This document shows, piece after piece, positions 15,609-25,268 of a stretch of 64,000 bases of DNA. The stretch covers positions 64,717-128,716 of the forward strand of contig JABIDS010000013.1 of assembly GCA_018651605.1 (NCBI GenBank), in the 5' to 3' direction. A program made the position numbers and the translations under genes. Every line of letters begins with the position of its first letter. Position 1 is the first letter of the stretch. The notes below the pieces were generated by a model that had not been told where the DNA came from, did no database searches, and saw only the letters and a list, made by a program, of their open reading frames with translations. This DNA is from an archaeon (GTDB lineage: Archaea > Nanobdellota > Nanobdellia > Pacearchaeales > GW2011-AR1).

Positions 15609-16474
15609 TGGGGTTTGCTAAGAATGATGTTGAAAAGATTTTAAGTGAGTTAGATGGTGGTGTGAAAATGGTTGCGCTTGTTGCTCCGAGTTTTATTGTT
15701 GATTTTGGTTATCCTTCTTTGTTGAATCGTTTGAGTGGTTTGGGTTTTGATAAGGCTGTTGAATTGACTTTTGGTGCTAAGATGATTAATAGAGAGTATC
15801 ATAAGAAATTGAAGAATTCTAAAGAATTGGTTATTGCTTCGCCTTGTCCTGGAATTGTTCAGACTATTTTGAATAAATATCCTCAATATAAAAAGAATTT
15901 GATTTTGGTTGATAGTCCTTTGGTTGCGACTGCAAAGATTTGTCGGAAATATTATCCTGAGCATAAGTTTGTTTTTATTTCTCCTTGTGATTTTAAGAAG
16001 ATGGAAGTTGAGGCATGCAAGTATATTGATTATGTTATTGATTATGATCAGTTGAGGGCGTTGTTTGTTAAGAGGCATGTTAAGGCAAAGTGTTCTAAGG
16101 GCTGTTTGTTGTTTGATAAATTTTATAATGATTATACTAAGATTTATCCTTTGTCTGGAGGGCTTGGGAAAACTGCGCATTTGAAGGGAGTTATTAAGGA
16201 AGAGGAGGTTTTGGTTGTTGATGGTATTAAGAATGTTATGAAGTTTTTGAATAAGCCTGACCCTAAGATTCGGTTTTTGGATGTTTTATTTTGCGAAGGT
16301 GGGTGTATTGGTGGGCCTCATGTTTCTAAGAAGTTGTCTTTGGAGAAAAGGCGTAAGAAAGTGTTTAAGTATTTGGAGAAGTCTAGGGATGAGGATATTC
16401 CTGAAGATAGAAAGGGGTTGATTGATAAGGCTAAGGGGTTGAAGTTTGGAGGGAAGGTTTGGTTTGATAAATAG
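15608..16474 (+). CDS. [FeFe]-hydrogenase H-cluster-domain-like protein, minimal form (288 aa, no accessory Fe-S domains)
   Basis: Variants of all three H-domain motifs are present: IASPCPG (L1; TSCCP with the first Cys replaced by Pro), ISPCDFKKME (L2; PCxxKxxE) and FCEGGCIGGP (L3; CxxGCxxGG). The start overlaps the stop of the upstream gene. Confidence 0.65.
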   Translation: MGFAKNDVEKILSELDGGVKMVALVAPSFIVDFGYPSLLNRLSGLGFDKAVELTFGAKMINREYHKKLKNSKELVIASPCPGIVQTILNKYPQYKKNLILVDSPLVATAKICRKYYPEHKFVFISPCDFKKMEVEACKYIDYVIDYDQLRALFVKRHVKAKCSKGCLLFDKFYNDYTKIYPLSGGLGKTAHLKGVIKEEEVLVVDGIKNVMKFLNKPDPKIRFLDVLFCEGGCIGGPHVSKKLSLEKRRKKVFKYLEKSRDEDIPEDRKGLIDKAKGLKFGGKVWFDK

Positions 16475-16600
16475 GTTCGCCTTTGGCTCACAGCTTATTT
16501 TATTAAAATTTTGGGAAGCTTCGCTAACCCAAAATTTTGAATTTCTTGATAGTGTGTAAAATTTAGAAGTTATGAAGATGAGTTTTCTTTTGATTTGTTG
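16475..16600 (+). repeat. intergenic GC-hairpin/tail repeat, copy A
   Basis: Contains GTTCGCCTTTGGCTCACAGCTTATTTTAT, a hairpin AAAATTTTGGG (16505-16515) / CCCAAAATTTT (16528-16538), then TTTCTTGATAGTGTGTAAAATTTAGAAGTTATGAAGATGAGTTTTCTTTTG. Confidence 0.8.
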
Positions 16601-16639
16601 TTTTAATTGTTGGTAGATTTGATTTCCGAAGAATTAATT

Positions 16640-17512
16640 TCAATACAAAATAACTAAAACCGCACCTACAATCATTATTGCTGTTGCAATTGTTCTTTTT
16701 AAGAGATTGTGTTCTTGGAAAAGTTTTCCGCCTATGATTACTGCGAAGAAGACGCTGATTCTTTTAATCGATAAGACAAGTGCGACTGGAGCGATTTTAA
16801 CTGCTTGGATTTGTGTATATCTGTAAATGATTGTTATTAGTGAAAGGAGGAGGATTATTTTGAATGAGTTTTTTATTGGAGATTTTATTTGTTTTGTTTT
16901 TCCTGAAAGGATTAGTATTGTAAGGAAGATTATGGCAAGGAAAAGATGTTGAAATCCCATGAAGGCGTTTATAGGTAGTTTGAAATTTTTTAGAAGGGCT
17001 TTGTCTAGGATTGATGTTATTGTAAATAGGAGGAGTGCTAGAATTATGTATTTGTTTCCTTTTGTTTTTGTTAGATTTTTGAAAGGATCTAAGAATTTTT
17101 GATTTTGTTTTAGTTGGAGAATGTATGTTCCTGATAAAAGTAGGAGCATTCCAAGGATTTCTAGATTTGTTAATGATTCGTTTAGAAAAATTAATGCTCC
17201 GATTGCTACAAGTCCTGGAGTGAGGACTAAGAGAGGGAGGGCTTTACTGAGTTCTAGATTTTTTATCCCTAGCATTACGCAAAGAAAAGCTAATGTCCCT
17301 AAGATTGATTTGATGAATAATGTTATTAGAGCAGCAGTTGTTATTGCTGAGAAGGTTATGAAGAAAAAGAAAGGGATTGCTATTATTAGGTTTAGGATTG
17401 CAAAGAGTGTTGAGAATGCTAATGCTTTTTCTTTGAATAGGATTTTTTTCTCTAAGATTGCTGCAGATGCTGAGAATAAAGCGGAAGTTAATGCTAGTAA
17501 GTACCAAGTCAT
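16640..17512 (-). CDS. EamA/DMT-family transporter
   Basis: 290 aa with about 10 TM segments in a two-fold repeat. The pattern is typical of EamA. Confidence 0.7.
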   Translation of the reverse strand: MTWYLLALTSALFSASAAILEKKILFKEKALAFSTLFAILNLIIAIPFFFFITFSAITTAALITLFIKSILGTLAFLCVMLGIKNLELSKALPLLVLTPGLVAIGALIFLNESLTNLEILGMLLLLSGTYILQLKQNQKFLDPFKNLTKTKGNKYIILALLLFTITSILDKALLKNFKLPINAFMGFQHLFLAIIFLTILILSGKTKQIKSPIKNSFKIILLLSLITIIYRYTQIQAVKIAPVALVLSIKRISVFFAVIIGGKLFQEHNLLKRTIATAIMIVGAVLVILY

Positions 17513-17513
17513 T

Positions 17514-17744
17514 TTAGTTAATTAAAGAAATGATTATATGGATTATGATTGCTATAATGCTTAGGAAGACTATTGGTTTGTGGTATGTGCATAGAGATAT
17601 TGCTTCGCATGATTTGTCTTTGCATTCTTCTTTGTTGTCGCAGTCGCTGAGTTTTTTTGTTGCCCAAGGCATTGCTAAGCAAGTTGCGAAGTTGAAGAAA
17701 AGTAAAATTGCAGCTATCCATCCAGTTATAATTGTAATGTTCAT
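17514..17744 (-). CDS. small membrane protein with a Cys-rich loop, hypothetical
   Basis: ORF track. Tightly packed with its neighbours: a 1-nt gap and a 4-nt overlap. Confidence 0.5.
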   Translation of the reverse strand: MNITIITGWIAAILLFFNFATCLAMPWATKKLSDCDNKEECKDKSCEAISLCTYHKPIVFLSIIAIIIHIIISLIN

Positions 17745-18106
17745 TTTTTTGGTTTTGGTGGTATTTGTTTAGGAAGAGTTTTGTTTTGAATTAGTGAGGA
17801 TTTGTTTTGAAACCATAAAACATAACCAATACTGAAATCAGGTATTGCGATTAAGACATCTGTCCATCCGCCTGCAACTGTTAAATGAGCTATGACTCCT
17901 ACTATAAAAAAAGTTGTGTTTAGTGCAAATCCATAGAAAATTGTTTTTTTGTTGAGGTAGAGAAGTGTTATGATTATTATGTCGAATAAGAGGATGTAAT
18001 TTAGGAAGGTGTATTGAGGGTGGATTTTTAGGTGGAGAAGTAAACCTGCGATAGGTAAGGCTACGAATGCTATTAGTAGTGAGATGTTTATGTGATTGAA
18101 TTTCAT
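17741..18106 (-). CDS. membrane protein, hypothetical
   Basis: ORF track. Four hydrophobic segments. Confidence 0.5.
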   Translation of the reverse strand: MKFNHINISLLIAFVALPIAGLLLHLKIHPQYTFLNYILLFDIIIITLLYLNKKTIFYGFALNTTFFIVGVIAHLTVAGGWTDVLIAIPDFSIGYVLWFQNKSSLIQNKTLPKQIPPKPKK

Positions 18107-18157
18107 TCTCTTTTTATTGTTAGGTTTGAGAAGTTTATAAGTTTTTTTGTTTTGAGT

Positions 18158-18967
18158 TTATTTCTTAATACTTTTTGTTTTTTTGTATTCTAGTCCTGAT
18201 TTTTCTAAAAGTTCTGTTATTTGTTGTCGTTGTTCTGATTTGCCGCAGCCTTTCCAATCTACTAATACTAGTTGAATTTGTTCTTTTGTTTTTTGTTCAG
18301 CTTGCTGTAACATTGGTTGTGTTAATGGGAGGGAGTATTGAGGTATTATGTGTGAGATGGCGTAGTTGCTGTTGAGTTGAATTTGATTGAAGACTGGAGC
18401 ATAGTGCGGACCTCCGATTCCTATTGCCGGGATATGATTTTTGTTTGGTTTATAATCTTGAAGTGAGAGAATTGTTTTTGCTATAATTTCTGCTGCTTTG
18501 GAGTCTAGCCATTCTGGTTCTTGGCTTCCGAGTTCTATGAAGATGCAAGGGATTTCTGTCAATGGACCGTGATGTGTTACTTCTAAAGTTATGTTGTATG
18601 ATTTGTTGAGGGTGTGTTTGTCTTGGTTGTAGATTTTGTTTAATTGTTGGAAAAGATATTTTAAGATTAGAGCTGAAGTTGGACATATTTTTCCGGGTTG
18701 TCCTCCTAAGTCGTTGCCTCTCCAATTTCCTGGGGCGTGGAGGCAAAGGGATGGTTCTCCTTTTTCTGATTTATGTGTTGATGCGAAAATTAGGATGTCT
18801 ATGTTTTTTAGTTGAGGATAATTTTTGGTGTTTATGTTTTCTGAGAATATTGTTTGTTTTTTTAATTCTATTATTGGAGTTTGAGGGCTGAATGCTAGTT
18901 TTTTGAATTGTTCTACTATATTGTTTCCTGCTTGATTTTTTTTGTGGTAAGCTATTGCGAATTGCAT
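18158..18967 (-). CDS. dtdA: D-aminoacyl-tRNA deacylase, archaeal type
   Basis: Contains FASTHKSEKGEPSLCLHAPGNW, EVTHHGP, FIELGS, IGIGGPHYAP and VDWKG, which matches the archaeal Dtd2/DtdA family along its whole length. Confidence 0.85.
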   Translation of the reverse strand: MQFAIAYHKKNQAGNNIVEQFKKLAFSPQTPIIELKKQTIFSENINTKNYPQLKNIDILIFASTHKSEKGEPSLCLHAPGNWRGNDLGGQPGKICPTSALILKYLFQQLNKIYNQDKHTLNKSYNITLEVTHHGPLTEIPCIFIELGSQEPEWLDSKAAEIIAKTILSLQDYKPNKNHIPAIGIGGPHYAPVFNQIQLNSNYAISHIIPQYSLPLTQPMLQQAEQKTKEQIQLVLVDWKGCGKSEQRQQITELLEKSGLEYKKTKSIKK

Positions 18968-19028
18968 TTTAAATCTTAGAAAGAGGATTATATAAATTCT
19001 TTTAAAGGAAGGGCTTGTTTTATTTTGT

Positions 19029-19322
19029 ATGGTAAAAATATTTGAGAATCGTGATGGTGTTGATAAAGGAAATAGAAGAAATAATTTAGTGAGAATTGCT
19101 AAGGAGAGTTTTTTGGAATGTACTGTTAATGAAGGTGTTTCTCCTCAATATTTTTCAGTGAGTGTTGAATCTGGTATGGATAAATCTGTTTTTTTTGTTT
19201 TTCCTGAACAGAATTTGATGAGGGTTTATGGTTTGTTGGGTTTTAAAAGTGCTGTCGAATTAGCAAAAAAATATGAACAGAATAGGGAGTCTGAGTTTAG
19301 TGTTCAGAAATGTTATAGTTGA
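19029..19322 (+). CDS. hypothetical protein
   Basis: ORF track only. Confidence 0.45.
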   Translation: MVKIFENRDGVDKGNRRNNLVRIAKESFLECTVNEGVSPQYFSVSVESGMDKSVFFVFPEQNLMRVYGLLGFKSAVELAKKYEQNRESEFSVQKCYS

Positions 19323-19324
19323 TT

Positions 19325-19849
19325 TTATCTTTTAATCTCTTTCCCATTTATAATTAATGTAGATGGTTTTCCTGATAAGGTTCCTTTATCTATGATAATG
19401 TCTACTTTGTTTTTTATTTGAAGGTTTAGGTTTTTTGGATTTGTTAATGGTGGTTGTGTTGAAATGTTTACTGAAGTTGTTATGAATGGTAGTTTGGATT
19501 TTTGGATTATTTTTGTGAAGGGGTTTTTTGGAATTCTTATTCCTAATGAATCTGTTGATGAGATGTGATTTAGGTAGTTTGGGTTTTTCTTTTTTAGAAT
19601 TAAGGTGTAAGGGCCTGGGAGATATTTGCTTATGGTTAATTCTTTTGGAATTATGCAATTTTGTTTTATCCAAGTTATTGATGGGACTATGATTGAGAGT
19701 GGTTTGTCTTTATCTCTTTTTTTTATTTGTTTTATTTTATTTGTTGATTTTATGTTTGTTGCTTCGCATCCTATTCCGTAGATTGTGTCTGTGGGGTAGA
19801 TAAATATTTTTCCTTGTTTGATATTTTGAATTATTTGTTTTGTTTCCAT
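19325..19849 (-). CDS. tsaC: L-threonylcarbamoyladenylate synthase (Sua5/YrdC/TsaC family)
   Basis: Contains GKIFIYPTDTIYGIGCEA, PLSIIV and LGIRIP. The ORF track start at TTG 19891 is probably too long; ATG 19849 (METKQII) sits 22-31 nt downstream of a TATATAAAT box. Confidence 0.8.
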   Translation of the reverse strand: METKQIIQNIKQGKIFIYPTDTIYGIGCEATNIKSTNKIKQIKKRDKDKPLSIIVPSITWIKQNCIIPKELTISKYLPGPYTLILKKKNPNYLNHISSTDSLGIRIPKNPFTKIIQKSKLPFITTSVNISTQPPLTNPKNLNLQIKNKVDIIIDKGTLSGKPSTLIINGKEIKR

Positions 19850-20186
19850 AGGTTTTAAAAATGGTTTATACTTATATAAATTACTATGCAAGCGATATTA
19901 TATGTTTTGTTGATTTTGTTTGGGATTCCTGTAGGAAAGATTTTGTCTAGTTTGTGTCGTGGGGAGGTTAGTTTATGGCGAAAGAGATTTAGAATTATTG
20001 CATTGGTTTGTTTTCTGTTGATTGGTTTGTTTTTGTTTTTAGATTTTGAAAATAAAATTCCTGTTTTTGTTAGTTTGTTGTTTGTTGTTTTTGTTTCTTT
20101 GAATATTAAATAGAAATGTTTATATATTAAAGTTATTTATTATAGATAATTAAAAATAGAAAATATTTAATGAAAGGAGGTTGAAA

Positions 20187-20627
20187 ATGAGTGATAAAAA
20201 AGGACAAGCAGCTATGGAGTTTTTGATGACCTATGGTTGGGCTATTTTAGCGGCAGTTATTGCTATTGGTGTTCTATCTTATTTTGGGGTTTTCTCTCCG
20301 GGAAATTATGTATCTAATGTAGTTACAGTTAATCAACCTTTTGGAACTACGCAAGAAATGGCTATTAAGACTGATTCTATTGCATTTCTTTTAAGGAATG
20401 GTGGTGGAAGTAGTGCAGATATTGCAAGTGTTGCTGTTGCTGGATGTGGTAATTATTCTACTGCTTTTACATTAGCTGATGGATCCTCACAATTAGTAAC
20501 TGTTCCATGTTCTCCTGTATTAACATCGGATTCTAAGTTTAAAGGAGATATAACTATAACTTATCGTGCTGGAGAAAAAGTTCTTGATTTAACTGGAACA
20601 GGTTCTGTATCAGGTAGAGTAGAATAA
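20187..20627 (+). CDS. major pilin candidate, Flp/Epd-like class III signal peptide
   Basis: MSDKKG-QAAMEFLMTYGWAILAAVIAIGVL: G at -1, Q at +1, and E at +5 followed by F (GxxxxEF/Y). GGAGG at 20176-20180 lies 6 nt before the ATG. Confidence 0.75.
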   Translation: MSDKKGQAAMEFLMTYGWAILAAVIAIGVLSYFGVFSPGNYVSNVVTVNQPFGTTQEMAIKTDSIAFLLRNGGGSSADIASVAVAGCGNYSTAFTLADGSSQLVTVPCSPVLTSDSKFKGDITITYRAGEKVLDLTGTGSVSGRVE

Positions 20628-20699
20628 TTTTATTTTTATTTTTTTTATTTTTTTGTGTTTATGTTGGTGGTGTGAGGTGGATTTATGTTATTTTATTTT

Positions 20700-20800
20700 T
20701 ATATTGCGTCGCTTTCGTTGGCGACTTCGTCAGAGTTCTTCACTGTTGATTCTTGAAATTATGTAATTCTATCTTTTTTTGAAGATGAGTTTTTCTTTGG
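20700..20800 (+). repeat. intergenic GC-hairpin/tail repeat, copy B
   Basis: Sequence: ATATTGCGTCGCTTTCGTTGGCGACTTCGTCAGAG...CACTGTTGATTCTTGAAATT...GAAGATGAGTTTTTCTTTGG. Confidence 0.75.
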
Positions 20801-20898
20801 TTGTTGAGAGGGATTTGGGTTGAAGGTTTGGGTTGAAGGTTTTTGAATTGTTTAGGATAAATCCATAGCTTTTTAAGGTTGGACATCTTTAGTATTTT

Positions 20899-21822
20899 AT
20901 GAGAAGAAAAAAGAGTGTTAAGGTTTCTGAGAAGAAGGTTGTGAAGAAAAAGAAAGTTATGAAAACTAAAACATCTAAGGTGAAAAAATCTAAAGCTAAA
21001 ATTAAGAAAACGAAAAAAACTAAAATTCAGTTATCTAAAACCGATGAGAGTTTATCTGCCGGGTCTGGGAATATTCTTTCTAAGCCTAAAAAGAAAAAAT
21101 TTAGTAATGAGAAGGTTTCTTCTGGGATTAAAGTTTTTGATGGGATGGTTGGAAAGGGTTTTCAGAAAAATTCTACTAATCTGGCTTTAGGAGGGGTTGG
21201 TTCTGGAAAAACTATTTTTGCTATGCAGTTTTTGATTGCAGGAATGAAGAAGAATGAGAAATGTTTGTATCTGTCTTTTGATGAAGAAAAAGAATCATTT
21301 TATGCGAATATGAAGGGGTTGGGATGGGATTTGGAAAGTTATGAAAAAAAAGGAAAATTCTTTTTTCTTAAATATACTCCTCAGAAAATTAAAACTATGT
21401 TGGAGGAGGGGGGCGGAATAATTGAGAACTTAGTTTTAGGTAAAAAAATAAGTAGAATTGTAATGGATAGTATTACTTCGTTTTTGTTTTTATTTAAGGA
21501 TGAAATTGATGAGAGAGAGGCTATTTTGTCTTTGATTAGCTTGTTGAAGAAATGGGATAGTACTACTATTTTGACCTATGAAGGAGATCCTTTGAAGGAG
21601 AATGAAAGTATTCTGAAGACTAGTTCTAGGATTTTGGAATTGGAATCTGATTCTATAGTTCTTTTTTATTTCTTGAGGAATAAGGGGGAGAGGGAGAGAT
21701 ATTTAGAGATTTTGAAGGTTAAGGGTTTTAAACATCCTACAAAAGTTTATCCTTTTTCAATTGAGAAAAATGGAATTAAGATTAGTAAGAATGCGTTTAA
21801 GGGTGAGTTAAAGGCTGAGTGA
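20899..21822 (+). CDS. KaiC/RecA-superfamily ATPase (FlaH/ArlH-like) with a Lys-rich N-terminal extension
   Basis: Contains GIKVFDGMVGKGF...LALGGVGSGKTIFAMQFL (Walker A) and a hydrophobic strand + D (RIVMDSITS, Walker B-like). The first ~65 residues are strongly K-rich. Confidence 0.75.
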   Translation: MRRKKSVKVSEKKVVKKKKVMKTKTSKVKKSKAKIKKTKKTKIQLSKTDESLSAGSGNILSKPKKKKFSNEKVSSGIKVFDGMVGKGFQKNSTNLALGGVGSGKTIFAMQFLIAGMKKNEKCLYLSFDEEKESFYANMKGLGWDLESYEKKGKFFFLKYTPQKIKTMLEEGGGIIENLVLGKKISRIVMDSITSFLFLFKDEIDEREAILSLISLLKKWDSTTILTYEGDPLKENESILKTSSRILELESDSIVLFYFLRNKGERERYLEILKVKGFKHPTKVYPFSIEKNGIKISKNAFKGELKAE

Positions 21823-21827
21823 ATTTC

Positions 21828-22730
21828 TTATAACAATCCATCTAAGAATCCTGCAAGGAATACTCTTGCAAGAAAATAAACTGATATGCTCATGACTAGG
21901 ATTATTGGAAGGTGTTTTAGTCCTTGTTTTTCATCGCCTTTTCCGACTAATCCTAATACCATTGATGCGAAGATATCTATTGTAATCATGAATATTATTG
22001 AGAAATATTTTATGAAAGATATTGAGACATTGATTTTTGAAAGTGTGAAGGGCATGTTGACACTTGCGTCTACTGCCGGGAGTCCAGCTAAGATGTTTGT
22101 TAGAACTTCTACTAAGACTGTTGATAGTGAGAATAGTATTGGTGAGAAGATTGATACTGCGAGGAAAATGAAGATTACATACATTAGAACGCTTGAGGCT
22201 GCTTTTTTTTCAACGAATTTTCTTTCCCTCATACTTACTGCTGTTTGTTCTAGTAATATTGCAAGGTCTCCTCCTGCCCTTATTCCTGAATTAATTAAAA
22301 GGATTGTTTTATGGATTCTTTCAGAGTTTAATCTTTTTGACATATCTAATAGAGATGTTTCAACGTTTTTTCCTGTTGTGAGGTCTTTTCCAGTTTGCAA
22401 GATTTCAGTATCTAGTGGTGCAAATTCTGGCCTTGAACTTAAAAGTATTGCTCTATCTATTGTCATACCTGCTCTTAAGTTGCTTGACATTAATTGTAAA
22501 AAATCTGGAAAAACTTCTTCTACTTTTTTAATTCTTGTGGTTTTTTTCAAATTTTTTCTAACAATGTAAAATATTATTGTTACTATGATTGTTATAAGTG
22601 TGCTGATTGTAGATAGTAGGAGGGTTTTATAAAAATAAAGTGTTATTATTCCTACTATTATTCCTAATAAAATTGCTATGAAGACTACTTTTTTAATTGC
22701 TGAATTATTTTTTCTTATCTTTTTTTTCAT
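21828..22730 (-). CDS. type II secretion system F-domain platform protein (TadC-like)
   Basis: Contains FPDFLQLMSSNLRAGMTIDRAIL...GKNVETSLLDMSKR...SGIRAGGDLAILLEQTA plus C-terminal TM segments. Confidence 0.8.
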   Translation of the reverse strand: MKKKIRKNNSAIKKVVFIAILLGIIVGIITLYFYKTLLLSTISTLITIIVTIIFYIVRKNLKKTTRIKKVEEVFPDFLQLMSSNLRAGMTIDRAILLSSRPEFAPLDTEILQTGKDLTTGKNVETSLLDMSKRLNSERIHKTILLINSGIRAGGDLAILLEQTAVSMRERKFVEKKAASSVLMYVIFIFLAVSIFSPILFSLSTVLVEVLTNILAGLPAVDASVNMPFTLSKINVSISFIKYFSIIFMITIDIFASMVLGLVGKGDEKQGLKHLPIILVMSISVYFLARVFLAGFLDGLL

Positions 22731-22731
22731 T

Positions 22732-23613
22732 TTACAATAGGCTTGGCCTTTTTGATTTAATTAATCCTAAAAACATTATTTGAGCTAAAATTACAAAGAG
22801 GAATAATGTTATAAATAAGAGTGGAGTCATTGTTTTTGAAATGTTTACCATTGATGAGATAATTGTGAGAAATGCTACAGAGAGTGTTGGGATTATTACT
22901 GTGATTAGCATATACATTACTATTAGGGGATTTAGTTTGCTTCCGTAATCTTGTATTTGTATAAGTTGTTCTTCGTTTAGTGTTTTGATACTGTCTTTTA
23001 TTACTACTGCCATGTCGCTTCCTGCTACTATTCCGTTGCTCATCTGCCATAATGTTCTTCTAAAAAAGAGTGATGAGTTTTTTTCTCCTAATTCATCGAG
23101 GACAATGGAATCTGGTTCTCCTGAATTTATTCTTCTTACTGCTATTTTAAATTCATCACTTAAGACTCCATAATCTGATGAAGAGATATTTGCCATTATA
23201 TTAAATAAAGTAATCCCAGAATTAAGTTGAACTAGAATATCTTCTAATGCTGGGAGAAGATTTTTTTCTATGTTTTTTTGTTTTCTTGAAACATAAATTC
23301 TTGGATAGTTTATTTGACTGAAAAATAAAAATCCTGAGAATATGAATGCTATTAGGATGCCAAACAAGAAGAATTTTTTTATATTGAACATAAATAATAT
23401 TGTTGTAGATATTAAGTAAAGAAATATGATATTTATTACAAAGTTTCTTCTGCATATTCCTATATATTCTTCTCTTGTTAGATTATTGTCTGCGTTTTTT
23501 AGGTATATGTTTAATTTTGATTTTTTTTTTGGCCTTATTTTTGAGATGAAAAGTTTAGACCTTTTTTTTAATTTGTATGCTTGAGTAAATGTGAATGGTA
23601 TTCTAAATTTCAT
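22732..23613 (-). CDS. type II secretion system F-domain platform protein (TadB-like)
   Basis: Contains LPALEDILVQLNSGITLFNIM...RRINSGEPDSIVLDELG...SNGIVAGSDMAVVIKD plus TM segments. Lies 1 nt from the downstream gene. Confidence 0.8.
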   Translation of the reverse strand: MKFRIPFTFTQAYKLKKRSKLFISKIRPKKKSKLNIYLKNADNNLTREEYIGICRRNFVINIIFLYLISTTILFMFNIKKFFLFGILIAFIFSGFLFFSQINYPRIYVSRKQKNIEKNLLPALEDILVQLNSGITLFNIMANISSSDYGVLSDEFKIAVRRINSGEPDSIVLDELGEKNSSLFFRRTLWQMSNGIVAGSDMAVVIKDSIKTLNEEQLIQIQDYGSKLNPLIVMYMLITVIIPTLSVAFLTIISSMVNISKTMTPLLFITLFLFVILAQIMFLGLIKSKRPSLL

Positions 23614-23622
23614 ATTAGTTGA

Positions 23623-25257
23623 TTAGTTTTGTTTAGGATGAGTTGAAATCTTTTGTTCTTTTGAATCTTCTTCTGTTTTTAAAATCCTTTTAATATTATT
23701 ATTTGAAACATCTTTTAATAACTCCTCCTTGTTAGAATAATAGAGATTCATTGTTTTTCCAAAACTTTCTAGGGCTCTTATTTTATTTTTAATTAACCAT
23801 AGTAAGACGTCTTTTTTTTCTTTTAAGTTTTTTTCTATTTCGTTGTTTGACATTCCTGTATTTCTTGAAATGTCTTCAAAGAATCTTGAGCTTTCGCTGT
23901 GTTTTATCATTTGGTCTCCTTCAGGTATCCATCTGTAGAGAATATTTGGAGTTATTTTCTCTCCTGTAAATTCAAATTCTGATATGTGTAAAATTCTTCT
24001 TACTCCTTTTCTTCTGTCTCTAAAAACAACGATATTTAGATTAACTGCATTTAGTAAATTTTGTGGGACGTTTAATGGAGGGTTTGTTAGCCTTGAAATT
24101 GTTTCTGCTGAAGAATTTGCATGAAGAGTTGCATAGACACTGTGTCCTGTGTGCATTGCTTCGAACATTACTCTTGCTTCTTCTTCTCTTCTCATTTCTC
24201 CTAAGACTATTCTGTCTGGCCTCATTCTTAGACTATTAACTAATAAATCTAACATTGAAACTTCTCCTTTTCCTTCTGGGTTTGGTGATCTTGTTACTAA
24301 TGGGCACCAATATAGAAATTCTGGAAGTGTTAATTCTCTTGTATCTTCAACACTTATGATTCTATGGTTTGGAGGGATGAAAGGCATACATGCATTTAAT
24401 AATACTGTTTTTCCTGAAGCTGTTCCTCCAGAAATGAGAATGTTCATTTCATATTCAATAGCGAGCCATACTAATACTGCCATGTCTAAACTAATTGTCT
24501 TATTATTTATTAAATCAATAATTGTGAAAGGGTCTCTTGCGAATTTTCTGATTGTTATTGTATTTCCCTTTGTGCTTATTGGATATAAGATGGAATTAAC
24601 CCTATCTCCTGAAATTAGATGAGCATCTAATAGGGGTGCTAATACATTTATTTGTCTTCCAACTCTTCTTGCTATGATGTTTGAGTAGTTGATTATATCT
24701 TCTTCTTTTTCTATAGTTATATTTGTTTTTAACCATCCATATTTTTTATGATAAACCCTTATTGGTTCTTTGGATGAAGGTAAAACTATTTCTTCTAAAT
24801 TAGGGTCATTTACTAAGAATTCTATTTCTCCTAATCCTAACATGTCTTGCATTAATTTTCCTACTAAGAATTTCATCATTCCTAAATCTAGTGTAGGTAA
24901 TTTTTCTTTTAATAAGTCTTCTGCATCTTTCATAAATATTGTTTTTATTTTTTTGAATGCATTGGGGTCTATGATTTCTTTCATTCCTATTGTTGTTGCA
25001 GAAACTAAATTTGTTCTAACTTCATCTAATAAACTTGCTGTTGCAATATTTATTTGTGGAACATTTAATTGATAGAGGTGTCCGTAAGTTTGTTTTTCGA
25101 TATGCACCTTAACTATTGCTCTATCTACTTCTATTTCATAAGTTTCAACTATTCCTAAGGGGGTTTTATTGTTGGTTTTTTTTGATTCTTGATTTTCTGA
25201 TGCCCTATCTAATTTTTCTTTTTTTAAATTTGGTTTAGTTTCTTTTTTCTTTTTCAT
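23623..25257 (-). CDS. type IV pilus/archaellum-type secretion ATPase (FlaI/TadA/VirB11 family)
   Basis: Contains NILISGGTASGKTVLLNACMPFIP (Walker A), IISVEDTRELTL, RPDRIVLGEMRREE (Walker B) and TGHSVYATLHA. Confidence 0.9.
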   Translation of the reverse strand: MKKKKETKPNLKKEKLDRASENQESKKTNNKTPLGIVETYEIEVDRAIVKVHIEKQTYGHLYQLNVPQINIATASLLDEVRTNLVSATTIGMKEIIDPNAFKKIKTIFMKDAEDLLKEKLPTLDLGMMKFLVGKLMQDMLGLGEIEFLVNDPNLEEIVLPSSKEPIRVYHKKYGWLKTNITIEKEEDIINYSNIIARRVGRQINVLAPLLDAHLISGDRVNSILYPISTKGNTITIRKFARDPFTIIDLINNKTISLDMAVLVWLAIEYEMNILISGGTASGKTVLLNACMPFIPPNHRIISVEDTRELTLPEFLYWCPLVTRSPNPEGKGEVSMLDLLVNSLRMRPDRIVLGEMRREEEARVMFEAMHTGHSVYATLHANSSAETISRLTNPPLNVPQNLLNAVNLNIVVFRDRRKGVRRILHISEFEFTGEKITPNILYRWIPEGDQMIKHSESSRFFEDISRNTGMSNNEIEKNLKEKKDVLLWLIKNKIRALESFGKTMNLYYSNKEELLKDVSNNNIKRILKTEEDSKEQKISTHPKQN

Positions 25258-25268
25258 TTATCCTTCCT

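Noticed and set aside
16560-16600. Box C/D sRNA interpretation of the ATGAAGATGAG tail motif, and tiny ORFs (MKMSFLL..., MSFF..., MFEG...) in the repeat tails.
   Set aside because: GATGAG is not the RUGAUGA C box, and no properly spaced CUGA D box or guide region was found. The mini-ORFs are 6-20 codons with inconsistent frames and stops between copies.
19886-20113. 75-aa hydrophobic plus-strand ORF divergent from tsaC.
   Set aside because: Its ATG lies only a few nt from the TATA element and overlaps the long version of the tsaC ORF. F/L/V-rich ORFs arise easily on the G/T-rich strand. It is kept out of the feature list as unsupported.
21886-22569. 227-aa plus-strand ORF. Similar long antisense ORFs occur at 24149-24622, 10448-11026, 15650-16180, 40495-40965, 49515-50099, 61825-62472 and 60305-60637.
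   Set aside because: Each lies entirely antisense to a gene with clear motifs. The skewed composition keeps the antisense frames open, and their translations are low-complexity.
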